A DNA stretch of 64,000 nucleotides from the UHGV virus genome UHGV-1519562. One strand, written 5' to 3'. The stretch comes from a virus. Under the pieces are notes generated by a model. It had not been told where the DNA came from. It ran no database searches and saw only the letters and a program-made list of their open reading frames with translations. The translations under genes were made by a program, and so were the position numbers. This document shows positions 45,507 to 53,534 of this stretch, piece by piece. Every line of letters starts with the position of its first letter. The first letter of the stretch is position 1.

Positions 45507-46739
45507 ATGGCTGAAGTTATTTTAAATACTATTTTCCAAATTAGACGTGGTTCTAAAACTGCTTTATCTAATAAAAATTTATTATTAAGATATGGCGAAC
45601 CTTGTTATGAGTACCCTGAAAAAGCAGGAGAATCAGGAAAACTAAAAATTGGTGATGGTGTAACTCGTTATAATGATTTAAAATATATTACTGAGAATAT
45701 AGTTCTTCCAGAAGAAACGGCTAAATTTACTGGCGTACAAGAAACTTTACCAGATCCCGCAAGTGTAAAAGAAAATACTTTTTGTATTGTCAAAGGTGTT
45801 TTATATATACAAACAAAAGGCGACTGGGTTCCTGCAAGCGCGTCTCAAGAAGTTATAAAAGATTCTTCTGAAGAGCAAAGTTCTTGTACTATTGATGGTA
45901 AAAATTATGCAACAATAGAAGAAGCAATTGCGGCTGCCTCTCCTACTGATACTATTACTATTACAAAAAATTTATCTACTATTGAAATTAATAAACAAAT
46001 TTCTTTAGACTTAAATTCTGCTTATATTTTAAATAATGATAAAACACCAATAACAGTAGATAGCAATGGAATAGTAACTCTAAAAGGTGAAGGAACAGTA
46101 GAGTGCAATAAACATGCTACTCCTGTGTTATCTAATGATGGAACTACTATCATTGAGAATGGTTCTTATCTTAAATCTATTGATGAAAAAAACAATGGTT
46201 TTTATGTAGTAGTAAATCATGGTGATTTAAATATTAAAGGCGGCGTTTTTAGCTCTCCTGGCGATTTATCTAGCATGATAGAAAATGGCTATACTGATTA
46301 TAATGCCCAATATATAGAAGGAACTAATAAACAATATCCTTCTCTTACTATTGATGGTGGTACTTTTATTAGTAAATTTTATATTATCAAAAATGATGAT
46401 AATTCTAAAGCTATATTGAATAATGGTAACTTTTTTGGAACTATTTTACATAATGGTTTTGAATTAACCATTAATGATGGTGTTTTTTCTATTGATGATG
46501 GAAGTTATAATCTAAGAGTTAGAAAATTAAATGATAATATAAATAAAGCTACGACCTATATTAATGGCGGCACCTTTGATTCTAATGGAGAATCTAATTT
46601 TAAAATAGATGATGAAACCGCACAAATAATTATTAAAGGTGGTAAATTTAATCATCAAGTTCCTGAAAAATATTTGTTGGACGGATATGTTCAAAAATAT
46701 AAGGATGGATATTATATAATAAGTAAGGAAGGAGAATAA
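45507..46739 (+). CDS. putative tail fibre / receptor-binding protein
   Basis: 410 aa; N-terminal RRG...LL.YGEP.Y......KIGDGVT.YNDL.Y motif shared with the 47130 ORF; Gly/Asn/Thr-rich repetitive C-terminal part. Confidence 0.55.
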   Translation: MAEVILNTIFQIRRGSKTALSNKNLLLRYGEPCYEYPEKAGESGKLKIGDGVTRYNDLKYITENIVLPEETAKFTGVQETLPDPASVKENTFCIVKGVLYIQTKGDWVPASASQEVIKDSSEEQSSCTIDGKNYATIEEAIAAASPTDTITITKNLSTIEINKQISLDLNSAYILNNDKTPITVDSNGIVTLKGEGTVECNKHATPVLSNDGTTIIENGSYLKSIDEKNNGFYVVVNHGDLNIKGGVFSSPGDLSSMIENGYTDYNAQYIEGTNKQYPSLTIDGGTFISKFYIIKNDDNSKAILNNGNFFGTILHNGFELTINDGVFSIDDGSYNLRVRKLNDNINKATTYINGGTFDSNGESNFKIDDETAQIIIKGGKFNHQVPEKYLLDGYVQKYKDGYYIISKEGE

Positions 46740-46742
46740 CAT

Positions 46743-47108
46743 ATGGGTTTTAATGTTGCTTATGTTCCCAAAAACAAAATAAAAAGTAGTATCGCTCAAA
46801 ATGTTATTCCTAAAGAAACTCTTATTATAACAACAGATGAGAATACTGAAACTTTTTATTATGATGATAAAGGTAAAATAAAAAATATTTCAATTAGAAT
46901 GTCATTTAGTTCTTATACAGAAGCTAGAACTTGGATCGCGCAAAATGATTATTATATTGGAAAAGTTATTACTGTTTTAAATAATGGAAAATGGATTCCT
47001 TATTTAGTAGAAAAAAATCAAATTCTTTCTGAATTACCAATGAAAGCGGAAGTTATTACTACTAATGACACTGTTGTTTTAGATGGTGGTTCTGCTCCTA
47101 CAGAATAA
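46743..47108 (+). CDS. hypothetical protein (tail-associated by position)
   Basis: 121-aa ORF between fibre-like genes. Confidence 0.45.
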   Translation: MGFNVAYVPKNKIKSSIAQNVIPKETLIITTDENTETFYYDDKGKIKNISIRMSFSSYTEARTWIAQNDYYIGKVITVLNNGKWIPYLVEKNQILSELPMKAEVITTNDTVVLDGGSAPTE

Positions 47109-47129
47109 GTAAGGAGGAAAGAATAATTA

Positions 47130-47636
47130 ATGGAAAAAATAGTAAATTCAATTTTAAAGTTAAGACGAGATAATGACTATAATTATCAAAAGATAGGGAA
47201 TAAATTTATTCCTGAAAAAGGGGAAGTTTGCTTAGTAGACACAAGTAATAAAGGTTTGTGTGCTGTTGTTGGAGATGGACAAACTTCTTTTAATGAATTA
47301 GAGTATGTTAATACTATTTTTGAAATTGTTAAATTTATTAACAATAAAATTTATGATATTAATGATAATTCAATTGAATTAAAGCCTAATTCTAATAAAC
47401 TTTATATTGATGTTGATAATGTCAATGACTTATATTATTATAATGGCATTGATTTTATTATAATAAATTCTCAAATACCAAAAGCGTCTAGTGAAACTGC
47501 CGGTATATTAAAATTATATGAAACAACAGGCCAAAATACCGATGGTACTATGACGCAAAAGGCAATAACAGATGAACTTAAACATAAAATAAGTGCTTCT
47601 GTTAATTTAGAGAATGAAACTGTCATTTTTATATAA
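47130..47636 (+). CDS. putative tail fibre protein (paralog of the 45507 N-terminal domain)
   Basis: LRRDN...KGEVCLVDT...GDGQTSFNELEYV similar to the 45507 ORF N-terminus. Confidence 0.5.
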   Translation: MEKIVNSILKLRRDNDYNYQKIGNKFIPEKGEVCLVDTSNKGLCAVVGDGQTSFNELEYVNTIFEIVKFINNKIYDINDNSIELKPNSNKLYIDVDNVNDLYYYNGIDFIIINSQIPKASSETAGILKLYETTGQNTDGTMTQKAITDELKHKISASVNLENETVIFI

Positions 47637-47657
47637 TTATAGGAGGAAATAAAATTT

Positions 47658-48869
47658 ATGGCTACAAAAATTTTCAACCCCGTGAATATTCCTGTTATTT
47701 CTAAGTTGACTATCGGTGATAAGACCTATTACCTGAAGGACGCTGAAGTTCGTGCTCTATTAGAGACTCTTGGCAACGCTGCTCAGAAAGATGTGGCTGC
47801 TGGCGTTTCTGCTGAAGAGCAGGGCTTAGTCACTGGCGCTCAGGTTCAAGCTGCCATTGCTAATTTGACTGGTGCTATGCACTTCGTTGGTGTTAAGGAA
47901 ACTTTACCTGAGACTGCTAAAGATGGCGATGTTGTTATCATTGGTGTTAAAGAGTATGTCTATGCTAATAATGATTGGCATGAGCTTGGCGATGAGACCT
48001 TGTATGCTTTGAAGACCTTTAAGATTGGTACTCAGGATCTTTCTGGTACTTTCTCTTTGGATACTTTAAAGACTGATTTAGGTCTTGGTGCTTTAGCTTA
48101 TAAGAGTTCTGCCACTGGCACTGTTGCTGGTCAAACTATTACTGGCGTTAAGGCTACTGGTACTTCTGCTGGTAGTATTGAGGTTGGTTTAACCCAGACT
48201 TCTACTGCTGCTACTTTAACCAAGAGTGATTATACTCCTTCTGGTGATGTTACTGGTAGTGTGACTGCTGCTGGTTCTGTTAGTATTGCTAAGGATGCTG
48301 ATAATGGTACTCAGATTTCTGGTAGCGTTTCTGCTCCTACTGTGACTATTACTCCTAACACTGATACTATCAAGAAGGTTACTTCTGTTGGTACTTTGCC
48401 TACCAAGGCTGCTGACCTCTTTACTGCTAATGGTGATGATACCTTTACAGCTGGTTCTCAGGTTGCATGGAGTGCTAATGTCGATGATGCATCTGAGACT
48501 TTGAGTTTCTCCTTCACTACTAATACTCTACCCACCTTCAAGCAGGGCGCTAAAGCTTCTTATACTGAGGGTACTTTCGATGCAGGTACGCTTCCTGAAT
48601 TGGCAGCTGAAGGTACCACTGTTATGACTGGCGTTAAGAGTGCAGAGGCTTCTGCTCCTGTGTTCACTGGCGATAAGTTTGCAGCTTCCTTCGCTGGTGC
48701 TTCTGCTGATATTACTGCTACTTTTGCTGGTGAGAAAACCTCTGTGGTTTCTGGTGTTAATTACGATAAGGCTACTGTTGATACCTCTACGACTAAGTTT
48801 ACTGGTGCTGCTATGGAATTGGATGTTGGTGATATTGCAGTTGCCGCCAAGGATGTTACTGTCCAGTAA
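47658..48869 (+). CDS. putative tail fibre protein with Gly/Thr/Ala/Ser-rich repeats
   Basis: 403 aa; N-terminal ...TIGDKTYYLKDAEVRAL shared with the 48896 ORF; visibly GC-richer codon choice (GCT/GGT/ACT) than neighbours. Confidence 0.55.
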   Translation: MATKIFNPVNIPVISKLTIGDKTYYLKDAEVRALLETLGNAAQKDVAAGVSAEEQGLVTGAQVQAAIANLTGAMHFVGVKETLPETAKDGDVVIIGVKEYVYANNDWHELGDETLYALKTFKIGTQDLSGTFSLDTLKTDLGLGALAYKSSATGTVAGQTITGVKATGTSAGSIEVGLTQTSTAATLTKSDYTPSGDVTGSVTAAGSVSIAKDADNGTQISGSVSAPTVTITPNTDTIKKVTSVGTLPTKAADLFTANGDDTFTAGSQVAWSANVDDASETLSFSFTTNTLPTFKQGAKASYTEGTFDAGTLPELAAEGTTVMTGVKSAEASAPVFTGDKFAASFAGASADITATFAGEKTSVVSGVNYDKATVDTSTTKFTGAAMELDVGDIAVAAKDVTVQ

Positions 48870-48895
48870 TTAATTTTTAAAAGGATGGTGAGTAA

Positions 48896-49366
48896 ATGGC
48901 AAACAAGTTGATTTCTAAAATCAATGTCGGTGGCGCCATTTACTACCTTAAAGATGAAGAAGTTAGAGCTGCGGTTTCTACATTGCAAACCGCAGTTGCT
49001 TCTTCATTAGTTTTCAAAGGTGTAATATCAAGTGCTGCCGGAATCACTGGGTTAAAAAATTATAAAATTGGTTGGACTTATAAAGCAAATGCTGATTTTA
49101 CGATTACTTCTATTGGTAAAATAGAAGCGGGAGATATGATAATTTGTATTAGTGATTATAGTTCAAACTACAAAGCAAGTGATTGGACAGTGGTTCAAAA
49201 TAATGTGGATACTATGACTGGAGCGACTTCCTCTACAAACGGTACTAGAGGTTTAGTTCCAGCACCTACTAAAACTGATATTTCTAAATTTCTTCGTGGC
49301 GATGGTACTTGGGCAGATTCTAGTGCTGAATCAACATGGGGCAGAATTTCAGATTTATTAAATTAA
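48896..49366 (+). CDS. putative tail fibre protein (paralog of the 47658 N-terminus)
   Basis: ...NVGGAIYYLKDEEVRAA... N-terminus similar to the preceding gene; terminator follows. Confidence 0.5.
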   Translation: MANKLISKINVGGAIYYLKDEEVRAAVSTLQTAVASSLVFKGVISSAAGITGLKNYKIGWTYKANADFTITSIGKIEAGDMIICISDYSSNYKASDWTVVQNNVDTMTGATSSTNGTRGLVPAPTKTDISKFLRGDGTWADSSAESTWGRISDLLN

Positions 49367-49370
49367 TTTA

Positions 49371-49408
49371 ATGGGTAGAAGGTTAATCTTCTACCCATTT
49401 TTTTTATT
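49371..49408 (+). terminator. intrinsic terminator
   Basis: ATGGGTAGAAGG TTAA TCTTCTACCCAT hairpin plus T8 run. Confidence 0.7.
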
Positions 49409-49472
49409 ATTGGAATTTTTTAAAAATTTATATTATAATATATATAGAAAATTAAAAAAGGAGATAATAAAT

Positions 49473-49811
49473 ATGAAATATGGTCGGTATAAGATTTTTA
49501 GTAATTACACTGATATGGTGATTGCAGAATCCACTTTTGCTAAGCAGCCTGTTAGAGGTGTAGCACGATGTGATATTAAGAGTGGAGATGTTTTTGACTT
49601 GGAGAAGGGAATTGGCCTTGCTATTGCTCGATGTGATGCGAAGATCGCGGCTAAGAGACTTAAAACTGCAAAAGAGAAATTCGCAAATGCAAATTCTAAG
49701 GTTGAAGAAGCAGAAAAATTTATGAATAAAATGAAGGATTATTTCAATAAAAGCATGGGCGAATATGATGCTTGCATGGATATTCTTGCAGCGGTTGAAG
49801 ATAATATGTAA
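49473..49811 (+). CDS. hypothetical protein
   Basis: ATG 49473 after AAAAGGAG; conserved AT-rich promoter at 49415-49450. Confidence 0.55.
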   Translation: MKYGRYKIFSNYTDMVIAESTFAKQPVRGVARCDIKSGDVFDLEKGIGLAIARCDAKIAAKRLKTAKEKFANANSKVEEAEKFMNKMKDYFNKSMGEYDACMDILAAVEDNM

Positions 49812-49835
49812 ATAGGAGGGAGTTTCAGAAAAATT

Positions 49836-51080
49836 ATGAGTTATAATTATGATGAAACTTTTAAATATCCTATTAATGCGTGTTTGAATTTAACAGATAA
49901 TTGTAATCTACAATGCAAATATTGTTTCGTACATCAAAAGCCGCATTATATGGATTTAAAAATGGCTAAAAATGCGATAGATTTTTTAGCTAAAAATTTA
50001 GTAAAATATAAAGAGCTTACTGGAAAAGAAAATCAAAAGAATGAAGTAACATTTTTTGGTGGTGAACCAACTCTTTTGTGGGAACAAATTATTGTCCCTA
50101 TTGTTGAATATACCAAAGAGAAATATCCTAATACCTTTCATTTTGATATGACCACAAATGGGACTCTTCTAAATGAAGAAAGAGTTAAATTTTGTTATGA
50201 TAATGGTATTAAACTTCTTCTTTCTATTGATGGAATAAAAGAAGTACAGGATTATAATCGGCCTTGTCGAGATACAAATTTAAGTAGTTTTGATTTAGTT
50301 GGGAAGAATATTCCTATTATTCTTAAATATTTTCCTAATACTACTTTTCGCTCTACTCTTTACCAGCCAACAATAGATAAAATGTTTGAATCATTTTTGT
50401 TCGCAGAAAAGTGTGGTTTTAGACAAATTTTTATGTGTCCAAATGCTAGAGAAGAATGGTCAGAAGAAAATATTAAAATTTTAAGAGAAGAAATTGGGAA
50501 AATTATTACTTATACGACTATGAATTACATTGAAGGGAAAATTCCCATTCTTTATTCTAATTTAGATAGTGCTTTTGATGATATTATTGATATAGACCTT
50601 CAAACTTATACTAAAAATTTTTCTGATATATCCCCTTCTCGCGGAGTTCGCAGATGTGGTTTAGGAACAGGTTCTATTTCTATCGCTTATGATGGTAAAA
50701 TTTATGGATGTCAAGAGCAAGATTCAAGAGATGAAAATGATTATTTTTATATTGGGGATATTTTTGATGGTATCAATATAGAAAAACATAAGAAAATGCT
50801 AACTGATTATAATGAAGCAATAACTATAATTAGTTCTAAAAAAGAATTATGTAGTAATTGTAAGCTACGACAAGCTTGTATTCATAAAGTTTGTCCTTCT
50901 GTTTCGCATGATATGTTTAATAATTTTTTCATTAGACCATCTATTGATTGTATTTACAATCAAATTCTTCTTGAAGGTGGAATTTTAATGATGAAAATTC
51001 TTGTCGAACAAGAGAAAAATCAATTTTTTAAAGAATATTTAGATTATAAATTAGAAGGTGGTGAATCTATTGGGTTGTGA
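49836..51080 (+). CDS. radical SAM enzyme with SPASM-type C-terminal domain
   Basis: CNLQCKYC (CxxxCxxC) cluster near the N-terminus, TFFGGEPTL and TTNGTLL core motifs, C-terminal CSNCKLRQACIHKVC plus additional Cys pairs. Confidence 0.8.
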   Translation: MSYNYDETFKYPINACLNLTDNCNLQCKYCFVHQKPHYMDLKMAKNAIDFLAKNLVKYKELTGKENQKNEVTFFGGEPTLLWEQIIVPIVEYTKEKYPNTFHFDMTTNGTLLNEERVKFCYDNGIKLLLSIDGIKEVQDYNRPCRDTNLSSFDLVGKNIPIILKYFPNTTFRSTLYQPTIDKMFESFLFAEKCGFRQIFMCPNAREEWSEENIKILREEIGKIITYTTMNYIEGKIPILYSNLDSAFDDIIDIDLQTYTKNFSDISPSRGVRRCGLGTGSISIAYDGKIYGCQEQDSRDENDYFYIGDIFDGINIEKHKKMLTDYNEAITIISSKKELCSNCKLRQACIHKVCPSVSHDMFNNFFIRPSIDCIYNQILLEGGILMMKILVEQEKNQFFKEYLDYKLEGGESIGL

Positions 51081-51714
51081 AAAATGTAATTCAGGATGTC
51101 AATCTTGTAATAGTTGCGAATCATGTGATTCTTGTGAAAAATGTGATTCTGGTTGCATGAAAGGTGATAAATGCTCCGGCTGTAATGATTGTCAATCTTT
51201 TTGTGAAGATGGCCATCAAAGGGTAGGTAGTTTTAGTTGGGGAGCTTGTACTGCAAGAGGACAACAATTTTTTACATTAAGTACATGGAATAGTATTTAT
51301 AAATTTATTTGTAATGCTTATGCTAAAGGTACTAAAAAAAATGGTGGAAGTCCTGGTATCAGTAGTGGTGGAATTACTCAATCTTCTATGAGAGCAATAG
51401 ATTTTAATGCAGTTAGTAGAGCATTAAATGGTTTGGGCGACCATAGTGGTACTGCATCTAGTGTTTCTCCAGGAGATGACCTTTTAGGTTCTTATTTTTC
51501 TGGTTTAGAGACTGCGGCAAATACATTAAAATATAAAAAAGATCAATGTAATAAATGTAATGCAAATTGTGATGTTGCTTGTGATACTTGTGAAAGCTGC
51601 GATAGAGGTTGTGAAAAATGTAACAGAGGTAATTGTGGAAGATGTAATTCTGGTTGTCAAAGAAATTCAAGCACTTCGTGTGCCGATCCTCCTTCCTGTA
51701 CAAGTGGGCAATAA
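51058..51714 (+). CDS. cysteine-rich protein (candidate substrate of the adjacent radical SAM enzyme)
   Basis: 218 aa; about 14 Cys in C-x2-C / C-x3-C repeats at each end (CEKCNSGCQSCNSCESCDSCEKC..., ...CDTCESCDRGCEKCNRGNCGRCNSGC) around a Gly/Ser-rich core; overlaps the radical SAM stop by 23 nt. Confidence 0.6.
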   Translation: MVNLLGCEKCNSGCQSCNSCESCDSCEKCDSGCMKGDKCSGCNDCQSFCEDGHQRVGSFSWGACTARGQQFFTLSTWNSIYKFICNAYAKGTKKNGGSPGISSGGITQSSMRAIDFNAVSRALNGLGDHSGTASSVSPGDDLLGSYFSGLETAANTLKYKKDQCNKCNANCDVACDTCESCDRGCEKCNRGNCGRCNSGCQRNSSTSCADPPSCTSGQ

Positions 51715-51859
51715 TTGAAAATTTAATAAAAATATATTATAATATATATAGAAAGTTAAGAAAAGAGTAATAAAAATTTCTTGAACAAAATAAATTAATT
51801 TGAAAATTTAAAAAATAAATGATATAATATATATAGAAAGTTAAGAGAGGAGAAAATTT

Positions 51860-52054
51860 ATGAATAAGATTATTTTTAAAGCTAAGAATTGGACTATGAC
51901 TTTTAGAACTAGACAGCAGGCCCTTGATTTTATCCGTAAAAATTCCATTAATCCTTATACTGCCAATATTTTGGTTCTTATTGGTACTCAGGATGTATTT
52001 TATTTGGGTTCTCCTCGTGCAGATCAGTATTTTGGACTGAAAAGAAAAAATTGA
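51860..52054 (+). CDS. hypothetical protein
   Basis: 64-aa ORF with GAGAGGAG RBS. Confidence 0.5.
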   Translation: MNKIIFKAKNWTMTFRTRQQALDFIRKNSINPYTANILVLIGTQDVFYLGSPRADQYFGLKRKN

Positions 52055-52087
52055 AAATTTAAAAAAATATGATATAATATTTAAGGA

Positions 52088-52152
52088 AAGACTTATACAG
52101 CAAATAAAGCTTAAAAGCACTTGACTGGTAATCAAGAAGAAAAATGAGTCTT
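52088..52152 (+). repeat. conserved spacer hairpin (AGACNNATACAGCAA family)
   Basis: AAGACTT ATACAGCAA ... AGTCTT; related copies at 42607, 43166, 44119, 44519, 52806, 53030. Confidence 0.5.
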
Positions 52153-52166
52153 GCTTAAATATTCAT

Positions 52167-52252
52167 GTGGGCGTGATGAAACAGGAAAACATATCGCACT
52201 TAAAATGCGCTGCTAATCTAGCTTGTGGGTTCGAGTCCCATCGCCCACACCA
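52167..52252 (+). tRNA. tRNA-Leu (anticodon UAA), class II
   Basis: acceptor GTGGGCG/CGCCCAC, loop CTTAAAA, variable arm hairpin GCTA/ATC/TAGC, T-arm GTGGG/TTCGAGT/CCCAT, A, CCA; D-arm atypical. Confidence 0.6.
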
Positions 52253-52317
52253 TCTTTAAAACTGATACTCTTTACTATTAGTTTTGAAGATAACAATGAA
52301 CTTGAGTTTACTAATAT

Positions 52318-52394
52318 GCATCTGTAACTCAACTGGATAGAGTAACTGCCTTCTAAGCAGTAAGCCAGGGGTTCGAGTCCCTTCAGGCGTACCA
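52318..52394 (+). tRNA. tRNA-Arg (anticodon UCU)
   Basis: D-arm ACTC/AACTGGATA/GAGT, anticodon stem ACTGC/GCAGT, loop CTTCTAA, T-arm AGGGG/TTCGAGT/CCCTT, acceptor CAGGCGT-A-CCA (one A-C mismatch). Confidence 0.75.
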
Positions 52395-52579
52395 AGCAGA
52401 ATTATAATAGATAACAAAAGGAAATAGCTGATGTGAAAGGCATCTTGTCTTGCTGACATGACAATAAACTTTGAACGGACGTATAATGCGTATCGTGCCT
52501 GCGGGTGTAGAGTCAGAAAAGTAGGGGAATAATCGAGGAGCAGCTATAGGTGAGGCCCCACCTCCACCTTCCTTAATAT

Positions 52580-52668
52580 GGGGCAATGGCAGAGTTTGGC
52601 TTATTGTACTCGTCTTGAAAACGAGCAAACTAGCAATAGTTTCACTGGTTCAAATCCAGTTTGCCCCG
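52580..52668 (+). tRNA. tRNA-Ser (anticodon UGA), class II
   Basis: acceptor GGGGCAA/TTGCCCC, anticodon stem CTCGT/ACGAG, loop CTTGAAA, 18-nt variable arm, T-arm ACTGG/TTCAAAT/CCAGT; no encoded CCA. Confidence 0.75.
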
Positions 52669-52729
52669 CGGTATCAAGATAGTTACCTTCACGTGGTGAT
52701 ACTGTTTTTACTAAAACTATCAACTATTT

Positions 52730-52803
52730 GTAGATATAGTTTAATGATAGAATTCTGGACTTCCACTCCAGCGATGCGGGTTTGATTCCCGTTATCTACT
52801 CCA
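52730..52803 (+). tRNA. tRNA-Gly (anticodon UCC)
   Basis: acceptor GTAGATA/TATCTAC, anticodon stem CTGGA/TCCAG, loop CTTCCAC, T-arm GCGGG/TTTGATT/CCCGT, T, CCA. Confidence 0.75.
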
Positions 52804-52805
52804 TA

Positions 52806-52858
52806 AAGATACTCACAGCAATTTATTTTTTATAATGGGTATAAAAAAATAAAGTATC
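52806..52858 (+). repeat. conserved spacer hairpin (AGACNNATACAGCAA family)
   Basis: AAGATACT CACAGCAATTTATTTTTTATAATGGG... AGTATCTT; contains a TATAAT box that may serve the downstream tRNA-Thr. Confidence 0.5.
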
Positions 52859-52866
52859 TTGTATTT

Positions 52867-52942
52867 GCTAGTGTAGCACAATAGGTAGTGCAGCGGCCTT
52901 GTAAACCGCAGGTTAAGAGTTCAAGTCTCTTCGCTAGCTCCA
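52867..52942 (+). tRNA. tRNA-Thr (anticodon UGU)
   Basis: acceptor GCTAGTG/CGCTAGC, D-arm GCAC/AATAGGTA/GTGC, loop CTTGTAA, T-arm AAGAG/TTCAAGT/CTCTT, T, CCA. Confidence 0.8.
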
Positions 52943-52944
52943 AT

Positions 52945-53020
52945 GGTTCGCTAGTTCATTAGGTAGAACACTTGCCTTTTAAGCAAGATGTGCTGGGTTC
53001 AAATCCCAGGCGAGCCACCA
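52945..53020 (+). tRNA. tRNA-Lys (anticodon UUU)
   Basis: acceptor GGTTCGC/GCGAGCC, D-arm GTTC/ATTAGGTA/GAAC, anticodon stem CTTGC/GCAAG, loop CTTTTAA, T-arm CTGGG/TTCAAAT/CCCAG, A, CCA. Confidence 0.85.
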
Positions 53021-53395
53021 TTAGTCTTATCATACAGACGTAAAATAAATGAGTACCCCAGATAATGCTGAACTGGGTATCCGGGTATCGGGAGAATTAG
53101 TCTGGTAACTGTTGAAGCGACGATACTGCGTGACCAGGCATAAGGGCGACCTAAGTCGTTAGCTATGGGTAAACAGGTTGATAGCCGCATAGTAAAATGT
53201 TTCCTTGCGTCATTAAAATGCAAAGCGTTATAGGAGAGATGGCGGAGCATTACTCATCTCCACTCCTTCTACTACGAGAAGTAGAAAATCAAGGCTTCTG
53301 AGAAATGCTAATGAGAATGGTCAACCTCTGATTAAAAAAGGACTAAAGCTAGCTTGGGTTTTAGGTTATCCTCCTTACGAGGGAAAACCTTATTT
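53021..53395 (+). other. 375-nt non-coding, hairpin-rich region between tRNA-Lys and tRNA-Leu(CAA) (candidate structured RNA)
   Basis: no ORF longer than about 20 codons on the plus strand; GC-rich stems (CCCCAGATAATGCTGAACTGGG, GAGATGGCGGAGCATTACTCATCTC) and a GGTTATCCTCCTTA element; begins with the spacer motif variant AGTCTTATCATACAGACG. Confidence 0.35.
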
Positions 53396-53479
53396 GCCAG
53401 AATGTTGGAATTGGTAGACAAAGAAGCCTCAAAAACTTCCGCTTTATGCGTGCGGGTTCGAGTCCCGCTTCTGGTACCA
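53396..53479 (+). tRNA. tRNA-Leu (anticodon CAA), class II
   Basis: acceptor GCCAGAA/TTCTGGT, loop CTCAAAA, 12-nt variable arm, T-arm GCGGG/TTCGAGT/CCCGC, A, CCA. Confidence 0.65.
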
Positions 53480-53534
53480 TTAATATCTCTCTTGCCTAAG
53501 AGAGAAAACTAAAAAACAAAAGGAGAAAGTTATT

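Noticed and set aside
53021-53395. tmRNA (ssrA) candidate, prompted by an in-frame ANEN... reading and a CCTCCTTA element
   Set aside because: No tRNA-like T-arm or acceptor pairing flanking the region; the putative tag frame is long and does not end in a hydrophobic ...LAA-type terminus; the downstream T-arm belongs to a normally folded tRNA-Leu(CAA).
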